Of a stretch of 64,000 bases of DNA, positions 50,064 to 58,402 are shown in pieces. The DNA is taken from positions 207-64,206 of the IMG/VR virus record IMGVR_UViG_3300044703_000023; one strand, written 5' to 3'. Numbering within the stretch: position 1 is the stretch's first letter; each line of letters opens with the position of its first letter. Under the pieces are notes generated by a model. It saw only the letters and a program-made list of their open reading frames with translations, searched no databases and was not told where the DNA came from. The translations under genes were made by a program, and so were the position numbers. The DNA comes from a virus. Its lineage: Duplodnaviria; Caudoviricetes.

Positions 50064-51398
50064 TTATGCCACCAGTTCTACGGGCTCGCGCACTTCCGAA
50101 ACCATGCCGTCCTCGATAATCACAGAGCATTCAGAGCCATGCGAAACTCTCTCAAGCCATAGTTGCCCGTTTTGCTCTTCCGCAATTTTGGCGATCAAGG
50201 CCAAGCCTTTTTCATCTATCAGCGAGGCGTTGCGAACAAGAGCGATTTTCAACCCGCCGCTCGTCGCGAAGCTGATCCCTACCGATGTCTCGATCTGCTC
50301 GCGTGACGACGCCTGTTCAAGCGGCAGACTGTTTAGCAGCACTCCGTCTTCTCCAAAAGACAATCCTTGAACCGGAAACTTCGCTTCAGCGAGACGTGCT
50401 TCTTTCTCACCATCGATCCCTTCGATGGCAAGCGTCAGCTTCATTGCGTCGGCGTTCTTGGCTCGAAGCTGTTTCGTTAAAGTCTTGTGCGCCTCTTTGT
50501 CGCGGATCTTCCTGTTGGTTTCTTCCGCGTTCTTGATGGCCTCTTTGAGCGAAGATGTGTCCTTGCTTTCGAACGCGCCGATTTCTCCGGAGAGACTGGC
50601 AGCGCGAGCGGCGTAATCGCTCATCGTCGCCGTGAGTTGCGCTTGCTCTTCCTTCATCGAGATTGCCCGTTGCCGCAATTCTTCGATGGCCTTTTCTCGG
50701 TTTGCGATCTCGTTCTGACATCGCTCAACTTCGCGCTCGGCGTCCGTCTTAGCGACGGCTAGTTGCGTAGCTTTTGCGTTGTGCTGTTCCGCTTCTTCGA
50801 TCTGGACCAAGAGCGTGTCAACTAAGACCGGGGCGTCGGGTATGTCTGCGTGTTCAGGGATACCCTCGATCTGTCCGTCTAGGTTCTTAATATCTCGATT
50901 GATCAGTGAACGCTCTTCGTAAAGCTGCTCGCGCTTCTTATCCAGATCGTCAAAGTTGATCCCCACGAGTTCCTTTAGTGTGAGCAGTTGTTTTTTTGGC
51001 TCCATATCAAGGAAGGCAAGAGGGTCAAACGAGAGCTTGCCGATCAACTTGTCGAGCACCGCTTGCGGCGAAGGAAACTTCGGGCCGTCCTTTGGTGTAA
51101 CGGTTAGCGTGCTTCCCGTCTTGGTAAACTTGCGCTCTACAACGAACTCACCAAGATCAACCTCGATTCTCGCGTGCTTGGCGCCGTTGCGAATCGGTTT
51201 CTCTGGAATTAACTTTCCGCCCCCCAGGGCATAAGCAATGGAATCAAGCGTGGAGCTTTTTCCTTGCTTGTTGTCGCCGCCGATGATTACCGTGTTTCCA
51301 TTCGGCGTGATAGTTACTGCCTGAACGCGTTTCACGTTCTCGACTGTTAGTTGAACTATTCTCAATCCTTCGCTATGACCGTTTCCATGCTGACTCAT
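50064..51398 (-). CDS. SMC/RecN-like ATPase
   Basis: ENVKRV, GDNKQGKSS Walker A, long coiled coil, QASSREQ signature. Confidence 0.85.
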   Translation of the reverse strand: MSQHGNGHSEGLRIVQLTVENVKRVQAVTITPNGNTVIIGGDNKQGKSSTLDSIAYALGGGKLIPEKPIRNGAKHARIEVDLGEFVVERKFTKTGSTLTVTPKDGPKFPSPQAVLDKLIGKLSFDPLAFLDMEPKKQLLTLKELVGINFDDLDKKREQLYEERSLINRDIKNLDGQIEGIPEHADIPDAPVLVDTLLVQIEEAEQHNAKATQLAVAKTDAEREVERCQNEIANREKAIEELRQRAISMKEEQAQLTATMSDYAARAASLSGEIGAFESKDTSSLKEAIKNAEETNRKIRDKEAHKTLTKQLRAKNADAMKLTLAIEGIDGEKEARLAEAKFPVQGLSFGEDGVLLNSLPLEQASSREQIETSVGISFATSGGLKIALVRNASLIDEKGLALIAKIAEEQNGQLWLERVSHGSECSVIIEDGMVSEVREPVELVA

Positions 51399-51554
51399 AA
51401 TTTTTCCTTTCTTTGCCAAACCTTCTCCACTCAAAAGAGTTTTCTTAGTCGATGAAAATCAAAATCCTTCTTTTCAATGCTGCATAAGAACCAACTGGGC
51501 TATCATCACGGTCGTACCCGCCCTATAAAGCGGGCGGTGCTGGTGAGCGGTTTC

Positions 51555-51998
51555 TTATGCCGCAACCGCAGACGCCTTCTCAGCGCAGATAGCGATCATT
51601 CCCATTCCGGCCATCTGCTGTGCCAGCGGATCGCTGGGCGAAATTCCAAGCATCGTTGTTGGCGTGAGCAACTTCCACAGCCCAAGAACCGCGCCCAAAC
51701 CCATGAGCGTTAACGCAAGCCCCTGATCGCCAACCCACCCGCCAAGCTGAAGGTAGTTATGCTCTTGCCCGTCAAATAAGTTGACATCGGTAAACGACCC
51801 TTGCTTGTTATCGGCGATAAGTTGTCTTAGCGTTGCCGGATCGGGATTGTCGTAGGCGGCAACCTTGAAAAACACAACGTCGGCGGTATGGCCCTGCGGT
51901 TGTTTTGTTTCTGGATTCTCAGGCGCATCACAGCACTTGCCGCAAGTACACGCACCACGAATCGAATGAGCCACGATGTAATCAATCAGTTCTTTCAT
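51555..51998 (-). CDS. Hypothetical protein
   Basis: GGAGG RBS; CTCGKC, YLQLGGWVGDQGLAL. Confidence 0.65.
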   Translation of the reverse strand: MKELIDYIVAHSIRGACTCGKCCDAPENPETKQPQGHTADVVFFKVAAYDNPDPATLRQLIADNKQGSFTDVNLFDGQEHNYLQLGGWVGDQGLALTLMGLGAVLGLWKLLTPTTMLGISPSDPLAQQMAGMGMIAICAEKASAVAA

Positions 51999-52072
51999 AA
52001 GCCTCCAAGCCTGTTACCAAGACCGCGAAGCGGCCACAACCGTGAACGTGCGCCTCGTGCTGCGCCGTTCGC

Positions 52073-52303
52073 TCACCAAAAACGTATCCAATCAATGCCG
52101 TCAAACTCAAAAGCAAGAACGAAGATCACAATCGCAAACAGTCCAAGTGCTGCCAGTAACATTCCATACTTACGATCATTAACGAGGACTGAATCAGCTT
52201 CTCGTGTTGCGCTTCTTACTGCTCTGTCGCGATCTGGAATCTCTAGCGTCCACGGTCTAACTCCACGATGCTTGATGATGTCGAGCTGTGATCGTTCAGA
52301 CAT
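52073..52303 (-). CDS. Small membrane protein
   Basis: AAGGAG RBS; one TM. Confidence 0.55.
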   Translation of the reverse strand: MSERSQLDIIKHRGVRPWTLEIPDRDRAVRSATREADSVLVNDRKYGMLLAALGLFAIVIFVLAFEFDGIDWIRFW

Positions 52304-52352
52304 TTGTTTTTCTCCTTCAGTAAGAGAGGTAGACCAAAATCAGTCAGTCTGC

Positions 52353-52742
52353 TCATGCAGGTGAAAGCTCTTCAATCAACACTTCGATCCGCTTGGCTGC
52401 TTGCCTTGGCGTTTTCAGCGTAAAGTCATGGAATAGCGGGTGGGCTTCGTCAGGCGTCAGACCCAACTCCCTTGCGGCGACAAGCAACGGCCTTTCAACG
52501 ACGTGATACCCGTTTGGCGAAACGTAGTCGAAGTCTAATCGTCCAAAATCGCCAAAGCTCTTGGGTACCACGTCCCGCCTTAAGCGCATCTTGTAGCCAG
52601 CGAGATCAAGCGCGTGGCCCGCAATACACATTGCTGTGCCGCATTCGGTGCGCTTAGCAACGACGCGCATGTTGAAGTGTTTCTTGTGGCGCATTCGTAG
52701 AAATCGAGTTCGCAGCTTCTTAAGTAGTTCAATGTTTGCCAT
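52353..52742 (-). CDS. Hypothetical phage protein
   Basis: CGTAMCIAGHA...AARELGL...LF. Confidence 0.65.
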   Translation of the reverse strand: MANIELLKKLRTRFLRMRHKKHFNMRVVAKRTECGTAMCIAGHALDLAGYKMRLRRDVVPKSFGDFGRLDFDYVSPNGYHVVERPLLVAARELGLTPDEAHPLFHDFTLKTPRQAAKRIEVLIEELSPA

Positions 52743-52747
52743 TTCAC

Positions 52748-52972
52748 TCACCCCTCTTCTTTCCTGACACGATGAACCGAAAACTTTTGGTAGCGGGGAA
52801 CGACGCCCTGCCCGCGCCGGTGTTCCCCTTTCGTTAGTGAGCCTTCGCCAACTACCTTGATACCTTCTTGGCGCAACCATGCTGACAGGCCATGTTGTTG
52901 CGTTGCTTGCAATGCCCCGGTAGCCACGAGCATTTGCGGCATGTCCTTGCGCGGCGGGATTGGATACTTCAC
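52748..52972 (-). CDS. Hypothetical protein
   Basis: Operon continuity. Confidence 0.4.
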   Translation of the reverse strand: MKYPIPPRKDMPQMLVATGALQATQQHGLSAWLRQEGIKVVGEGSLTKGEHRRGQGVVPRYQKFSVHRVRKEEG

Positions 52973-52994
52973 CCGCTTAGGCTCTAGTGGAATG

Positions 52995-53310
52995 TCAAAA
53001 AAAATGAATTGCGCGAGTGCGAACAGGGACGTAGAAGTGATCTAGGCTAAGACGCCCCACCGCCCGCTTTCGAGAGCGGACACTCGCGCAAACTGATTGT
53101 GGCGAGGTTGAATGCGACCACGCGCTTATCACGCACCCAACTTCAACGCGCCACAGGGCGGCTTTATGTGCGTAGCCACAATTTCCGCTGCGCACCCAAC
53201 AGCACGTTTCCCAACCACAAAATCAAAGAACCGAAAAATGAATTGCGCGACCCGCAGGGATTACCAACTTCGAACCACGGGACCGTCAGCCGTGAACCGC
53301 ATTGGCTCGC
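52995..53310 (-). ncRNA. Cluster of putative structured RNAs
   Basis: Stems TTGCGCGAGTG/CACTCGCGCAA and TGTGGCG.GTTGAA/TTCAAC.CGCCACA; duplicated TCGCGCAATTCATTTTT ends. Confidence 0.45.
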
Positions 53311-53366
53311 CTGTAATTTTCAGGTAGCTATCCCACTCATCAATGAAACGAACGAGGCGACTGCGC

Positions 53367-53642
53367 TCAATGTAGGAAGGGTTGTCGTAAAATGATCGGC
53401 GACTCTCCTGGCACGAGCGTCATGTGGCGCGAGCCGCGTGTTCCGATTTTGCGAGTAAAGAAATAACCGCCCATCGCCATGACAAATTCATGAAGCTCGG
53501 AGTGCTTGCGGAGTATTTCTCGCGCCTGCTGTTCCACGAACACCGACGCGGCCTTCGAGGCTTTGCCGTAGTGGCTTTCAATTTCCTTTTCGGGTCTCAT
53601 CCTGCTTTGCCTCAAGAACTGAAATCTACAGGGTGCGCTCAA
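53367..53642 (-). CDS. Hypothetical protein
   Basis: Probable start MRPEKE; EFVMAMGGYFFT. Confidence 0.45.
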   Translation of the reverse strand: MSAPCRFQFLRQSRMRPEKEIESHYGKASKAASVFVEQQAREILRKHSELHEFVMAMGGYFFTRKIGTRGSRHMTLVPGESPIILRQPFLH

Positions 53643-53976
53643 ATAATTCCGGGGCTGCGTAGAGGCGCGATCTGTGCAGAAAGAACCTTTTCCGCAGCCC
53701 GTTCTCAGGCTTCACCCGAGCCTGAAACTCAAATCTGTCTACCTTCTGTCGCATGGGCGATTCGCCTCACTGTCCGGTCTAACCAAAAGCACTTAAAGAA
53801 CTTTGACGGAAGCATGAAACCCTTCGGGGATAGCCTTAACAAAAACTTAACTTGCAATCACTTTTGGAAGTTGTAGGGTGGGAATATCACTTAGGCCCAC
53901 CGCTTTTTTGGGTCTTTTAGGGGCGTATGCGGTGTCAGCCGTATGCGCCTCAGTTTTTCTCAGGCTGCGTACTCAA

Positions 53977-54159
53977 TCACGTTGTGGGTTTCCTTAGCGC
54001 CGCCTGAACTTGCGGAGCGTTCTCAATGAGCATTCGGACGAAGCCAGACTTAGACCGATTGTCCTTGTCACTGGCGACTTCCACGGCGCGGGCAACGTGC
54101 GGCGGGACCAGCGCGCCGACCATTTCTAATTCGGGTTTCTTTTTCTTTTTAGTAGCCAC
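53977..54159 (-). CDS. Cro-analogue, ribbon-helix-helix protein
   Basis: EMVGALVPPHVARAVEVASDKDNRSKSGFVRMLIE; first gene of the leftward early operon. Confidence 0.75.
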   Translation of the reverse strand: MATKKKKKPELEMVGALVPPHVARAVEVASDKDNRSKSGFVRMLIENAPQVQAALRKPTT

Positions 54160-54166
54160 GAACGAC

Positions 54167-54210
54167 CTTATACCTTAAAGGTTCTTAAAAAGCAACAAGA
54201 TTCTTAAATA
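54167..54210 (-). promoter_or_regulatory. Leftward early promoter with operator
   Basis: TTGCTT-tttaagaacctttaagg(17)-TATAAG, then 7 nt to GTG 54159; second site AAGATTCTTAAA near 54197. Confidence 0.75.
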
Positions 54211-54258
54211 ATATAAATCTATCTTCCAAACCCTCAGAAATGTTAATGAAGTGGAAAT

Positions 54259-54546
54259 ATGCCTAAGGAAAAACGTAACAAGATGATCGGCGCTCTTGTG
54301 CCCCCGTCGATCAAGAAAGAAGTTGAGGCGATTTGCGTAAACGAGGATCGCTCTATCAGTACGGTAGGCTACATGCTGCTAATGAGGGCGTTGGAGCTTT
54401 ATCGACTGGATGGCTCGCTGAGAAACAACGAAAGCCTTCTGTCTATCGTTGCAGGGCTAGCTGAAGACCTTTACTCAACCCCGGAACAGAAGAAACCCGA
54501 TGCCGCCGCAAAGCAGTCAAAAGTCAAACTGAGACGTACCGCGTGA
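54259..54546 (+). CDS. Putative immunity repressor, ribbon-helix-helix
   Basis: KMIGALVPPSIKKEVEAICVNEDRSISTVGYMLL; paralogous to and divergent from 53977-54159. Confidence 0.75.
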   Translation: MPKEKRNKMIGALVPPSIKKEVEAICVNEDRSISTVGYMLLMRALELYRLDGSLRNNESLLSIVAGLAEDLYSTPEQKKPDAAAKQSKVKLRRTA

Positions 54547-54977
54547 AACTTGCTCGTCCCTGCCATTGGTGCGACGCGGGAACCGCCCTTGACGCGGGTC
54601 GGTTATGCGCTCCCTGTCGTAACGCGGCAAGCGGTCTTGGGCGGCTCTCACTAAACGAACTGGACGCCTTGCCTTACGGCGTTATGTCGGTTGATCTTCA
54701 GGGCAACATCTTGGCCGTTAATCGCCCTGAGCAGGAGTTCGCCAAAATAACCCTTGCGCAGTCGCTCGGTAGGAATTTCTTCACTGAGATCGCGCCCTGT
54801 GCCCAGGTACGCGGATTCAAGAGTCGATTCGAGGCCTTTATCAAAAGCGGTCGGGCCGTGCATGGCTTCCGCTTTACCTACCGTTTCCCTAACGGCCCTA
54901 TTGTCGTGGTAATAGAACTCGTTAGAGCGTCCGAAAAGACCGTTATTATTGCCAGGCGTATTCCTGCCAGCCGCTAA
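54543..54977 (+). CDS. pyp: Photoactive yellow protein (PYP)-like PAS protein with N-terminal Cys4 motif
   Basis: Gap-free match to Halorhodospira PYP residues 15-79 (recalled): LDALPYG..VD..GNIL..N..E...GRNFFTEIAPC; Glu46 and Cys69 equivalents kept. Confidence 0.9.
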   Translation: MKLARPCHWCDAGTALDAGRLCAPCRNAASGLGRLSLNELDALPYGVMSVDLQGNILAVNRPEQEFAKITLAQSLGRNFFTEIAPCAQVRGFKSRFEAFIKSGRAVHGFRFTYRFPNGPIVVVIELVRASEKTVIIARRIPASR

Positions 54978-55042
54978 CCACTCACCGAACCCCTGACAGT
55001 TAGTAAAAACTCCTAACAAAACTGGCACAAGCCTGGACGGCG

Positions 55043-55101
55043 AAAGAATCTTTAAGAAGTTTGCGAATTAAGTTGACACCTTTAAGGTTCTTTAATATAC
55101 T
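55043..55101 (+). promoter_or_regulatory. Rightward early promoter with operators
   Basis: TTGACA-cctttaaggttctttaa(17)-TATACT, then 7 nt to GTG 55109; extra site AAAGAATCTTTAAG at 55043. Confidence 0.85.
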
Positions 55102-55108
55102 GCTGCGC

Positions 55109-55663
55109 GTGGACACCAAGGCTACAGACAATTACCGACCTTCCCGCTCCGAAAGAATAGCCATGCGGAACTTCGTGCTTCGCCACTTGCTACTGCTCTC
55201 GGATTTGGAGATTGCGGTTTTGGTTATTCGGTACACCGCACTGGGCAACCGCTTTTTACCGAGCTGGAAGCAGATAGCGCCGTTGGTTAACGAGGACTGG
55301 CAGACGGTGAAGAACGTCCACGATATGACATTGCTGCTATTGGCGCGGCGAACCGAAGAAAAGTATCTACCTCATACCATGTGGGACTTACAGGCAGACG
55401 TTGAAAAGGTCAAAGAGGACGCACGGCGCAAGAGTGCCGGTGCAATGCAGTCGGGACGGCTGGTGAAGCAACCCTGTCAAAACTGCGGCGCGGGCGCTGA
55501 ATTCTCAGAAGGCCATCACCGTAATTATTTCAAGGCGCTCGCGGTTACGTGGCTATGCCATCCCTGCCATCTGGCGGAACACGCAGAGAACCATCAGATA
55601 AACGGCGCGATGCTAATCCCGACGAGCGAGATTTTAGAGAACCATGAACGGCTCGGACTGTAG
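55109..55663 (+). CDS. HTH-like + HNH-like zinc-finger protein
   Basis: LSDLEIAVLVIRY...SWKQIA (sigma region 4-like); CQNC...EGHHRNY...WLCHPCH. Confidence 0.65.
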   Translation: MDTKATDNYRPSRSERIAMRNFVLRHLLLLSDLEIAVLVIRYTALGNRFLPSWKQIAPLVNEDWQTVKNVHDMTLLLLARRTEEKYLPHTMWDLQADVEKVKEDARRKSAGAMQSGRLVKQPCQNCGAGAEFSEGHHRNYFKALAVTWLCHPCHLAEHAENHQINGAMLIPTSEILENHERLGL

Positions 55664-55675
55664 CGCTAGGAGATT

Positions 55676-55930
55676 TTGATACTCGTCATGGAAACGAACG
55701 GATCACAGATAGGCAAACTGAAAATGACAACCACACAAATTATTAAACGCTGCACAGAGAAGTTGGGCATGACGCCCGACGAGGCGAAGTGGGTAGCAGA
55801 AAATCTCTATACCTACGAGTGTCCCGATTGGTCTGAGTGGTCATGGCAGCAAATCGACACATGCCTTAGAGGCGTTCTGTTTTTCAGAGGCAAGACAGAC
55901 ACTGAAGTGATGACGGCGTTAGCGGGATGA
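55676..55930 (+). CDS. Hypothetical protein
   Basis: PDWSEWSW; ATGA overlap with the MTase. Confidence 0.55.
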   Translation: MILVMETNGSQIGKLKMTTTQIIKRCTEKLGMTPDEAKWVAENLYTYECPDWSEWSWQQIDTCLRGVLFFRGKTDTEVMTALAG

Positions 55931-56655
55931 ACTTCGGATCGCTCTTTTCAGGTATTGGCGGAATGGATTTGGGGCTTGAGCGCGCGGGAATGGAGTGCGC
56001 GTGGCAGGTTGAAATTGATCCCTTTTGTCGCAAGGTTCTAACGAAGCATTGGCCTAACGTACCAAAGTTTAACGATGTCAGAGAAGTTGGAAAACACAAT
56101 CTTGAACCAGTTGACCTTATCGCAGGCGGGTTCCCCTGTCAGCCTTTTTCCATCTGTGGAAAGCAACTCGGATCGGGGGACGCTCGATACCTCTGGCCGG
56201 AAATGCTTCGAATCATTTCTGAGATTAAACCCCAATGGGTTGTCGCAGAAAACGTTTCTGGCCTCGCTTCTAACGGCGGAGTTGAGCTTGAACGAGTGTG
56301 TAGCAGCTTGGAGCTTGCGGGGTATCAAGTGTTCCCGCCGCTTAATCTTCCAGCTTGCGCTTTTGGCTTACCAACCTTGGAACGGCACCTCTGGATTATT
56401 GCAACGACCGCTAGCGAGCGACTCCAAGGGCGCGAAGAAATCCAGGACGCGAACAACCGAGATGAAGGGCAATTACCGCGAGCAAATCAGGGAGTCGATA
56501 AGCGATGGCATTTATCCGAATCCAGAGTTTACCGAAGCCGTAAAGGGATTCCCTATCTCTTGGAGCGAAATCACGGACTAGGAAACGCAGTACCGCCGCC
56601 TATGGCGAAGTGGATCGGGCAAAGGATTCAAGAGACAAGCGCATTAAGCGGATAA
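55927..56655 (+). CDS. dcm: C5-cytosine methyltransferase, alpha subunit
   Basis: SLFSGIGG, GGFPCQPFS, ENV, RHLWIIA, LGNAV; motif IX absent. Confidence 0.93.
   Translation: MNFGSLFSGIGGMDLGLERAGMECAWQVEIDPFCRKVLTKHWPNVPKFNDVREVGKHNLEPVDLIAGGFPCQPFSICGKQLGSGDARYLWPEMLRIISEIKPQWVVAENVSGLASNGGVELERVCSSLELAGYQVFPPLNLPACAFGLPTLERHLWIIATTASERLQGREEIQDANNRDEGQLPRANQGVDKRWHLSESRVYRSRKGIPYLLERNHGLGNAVPPPMAKWIGQRIQETSALSG
56075..56581 (+). CDS. C5 methyltransferase beta subunit in overlapping +1 frame
   Basis: Ends PNPEFTEAVKGFPISWS (motif IX-like); M.EcoHK31I-type arrangement. Confidence 0.75.
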   Translation: MSEKLENTILNQLTLSQAGSPVSLFPSVESNSDRGTLDTSGRKCFESFLRLNPNGLSQKTFLASLLTAELSLNECVAAWSLRGIKCSRRLIFQLALLAYQPWNGTSGLLQRPLASDSKGAKKSRTRTTEMKGNYREQIRESISDGIYPNPEFTEAVKGFPISWSEITD

Positions 56656-56678
56656 GTTTCAGCCAAACAGGAGACTAC

Positions 56679-56954
56679 ATGCCAGAAAAGAATTCAGATC
56701 AGGTGGTAGATGAAAACCAGAACCGAGGAAGCCTCGACATCACGGAAGGTAAAGACAGTCTGGTTGCGGTAGCGAAGAAAGATGATCGGTTTGATTCTGT
56801 GGTTGGCGCATTCGACGAGGTTGAGCGACTAATCGGCTGGCTTGGCTATATCCGGGAAAATGAATATAGCCCGAGCGAGAGAAAAAGACTGATCTCATCG
56901 GCCAAAAGGTTCGCAGAAATTGCGCAGCCGATCGCGAGTAAGCATCTCGATTGA
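56679..56954 (+). CDS. Hypothetical protein
   Basis: AGGAG RBS; N-terminus encoded by a repeat copy. Confidence 0.55.
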   Translation: MPEKNSDQVVDENQNRGSLDITEGKDSLVAVAKKDDRFDSVVGAFDEVERLIGWLGYIRENEYSPSERKRLISSAKRFAEIAQPIASKHLD

Positions 56955-57015
56955 GGTTCTAATCAGCACGCGCTCTTCTTGCGCTCGTCGTTGGCCAAAC
57001 AAATAAGAGGTAGAA

Positions 57016-57369
57016 ATGGGAAGCACTGAAATTGACGACTGTCCGAGAGTAAAACTTTTCCTGGCTTGGGAGTGTCCGACTTGTGGAGGACTAAACATCT
57101 ACAGCGAGGGCGAGGAGCGACAACGTGCATGCCGATGCGGGACACGAGTAGCTGTCGGCGCTCGCTGGGTTGATGACTCCCGCGCCGCACTGATCGCCGC
57201 TGCAAAAGCCGCACTGGAATACGTTGACGGTTTAGACGAGGACACGCCAGTTGATACGCAATGTACAGAATGCGTTCAAGGCACTGTCTATTACACCAGG
57301 GGAACACCGCGTCCTGAACTTTGCTGGATACACCAGCTTCAGGCTGCAATACGAAAGGATGGTCAGTGA
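57016..57369 (+). CDS. Cys-rich hypothetical protein
   Basis: GAGGT RBS; CPTC, CRC, CTEC. Confidence 0.6.
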   Translation: MGSTEIDDCPRVKLFLAWECPTCGGLNIYSEGEERQRACRCGTRVAVGARWVDDSRAALIAAAKAALEYVDGLDEDTPVDTQCTECVQGTVYYTRGTPRPELCWIHQLQAAIRKDGQ

Positions 57370-57575
57370 TGGATAACATTTATTTGAGGGGCTCAGAAGA
57401 TGTGCGAAACGCGGGCAGTGCGATGCGCGAAGCGGCGGCAGAAATGTCTCGTGCCGCAATGAATATTCAAGGCACGGCAGACCAGCAGCAACGGTTCCTT
57501 GATGACTGGCTTATGCGCTTTACCGATACCGTGGAGACACTCGCCCAAACGCTCGCGGTTAAGGAGGCGAAATGA
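57369..57575 (+). CDS. Hypothetical protein
   Basis: MDNIYLRGSEDVRNAG. Confidence 0.55.
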   Translation: MDNIYLRGSEDVRNAGSAMREAAAEMSRAAMNIQGTADQQQRFLDDWLMRFTDTVETLAQTLAVKEAK

Positions 57576-57769
57576 GTACACGCGAACAGCGAATCAACGC
57601 GCTGCCAGAAGAACTCTTGATTGAAGCTAAGCGTGAACTTGAATGTCAGGAATGGTTCATCGCACTGCCAGATAACGCCAGCGAGGACGAGGCCGTGTTC
57701 AGCCTCGCGCTGGAAATGCAAGAAGCAAGAGCAGAGAGGGAAGCGGCTTAGTGGAATAGAAAGAAGTGA

Positions 57770-58075
57770 GTGGACGTGGGCCATAACACAGTAAAGAACG
57801 CAAGCGGAAAAGCGGTGACAATCGAGGAGGTCGAAGAACTCTTTAGTTTCTTGCAGGGCAACGAAGTTGAGGGCATTCATTGCGAATTTATGCCAACCCT
57901 AACGAAGCAGGAAGCATTCTCTGTTGTTTACTTTTTGCAGGAGCATATGAACTTGTTGCCGGACTCTGTTGAGCAGTGCTTGGAATGCCTAACTCTGGTC
58001 GATAACGACTCCGAGGGGTACTACAAAGAGGGTGTTGGGCACTACTGCGACAACTGTTCACTGCAAGTTGAATAG
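57770..58075 (+). CDS. Hypothetical protein with CxxC pairs
   Basis: AFSVVYFLQEH, CLEC, CDNC. Confidence 0.55.
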   Translation: MDVGHNTVKNASGKAVTIEEVEELFSFLQGNEVEGIHCEFMPTLTKQEAFSVVYFLQEHMNLLPDSVEQCLECLTLVDNDSEGYYKEGVGHYCDNCSLQVE

Positions 58076-58096
58076 GGGCAGCTTAGATTACTGGAA

Positions 58097-58402
58097 GTGA
58101 AGGAGAAAGAAATGGACGATTCAAATAATGAAAACCAACCCGCTCAACGGTGGACTTCCGGACTCTATACCGAGCCTCGAATAGTGTTCGTCTTTCGAGA
58201 TGATGAGTTCGATCACATTTTGCGATCCGTTGATGGCTGGCCCTACGACAAGCGCGATTTATTTCTAACTGAAAAAGAGGCGATCAGTGCCGCGAGAAAG
58301 TTAAGCATTGCGGAGATCGACCGCCAACAGAAACGAGTCAACGCACTTGATGAGCGTTACGACGCCATTGAAGACGCAGAGATGGCCCAAGCAAATGGAT
58401 AA
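58097..58402 (+). CDS. Hypothetical protein
   Basis: AAGGAG RBS before MDDSN. Confidence 0.55.
   Translation: MKEKEMDDSNNENQPAQRWTSGLYTEPRIVFVFRDDEFDHILRSVDGWPYDKRDLFLTEKEAISAARKLSIAEIDRQQKRVNALDERYDAIEDAEMAQANG

Noticed and set aside
53240-53310. tRNA in the RNA cluster
   Set aside because: GTTCGA is present but arm spacing, anticodon arm and CCA do not fit.
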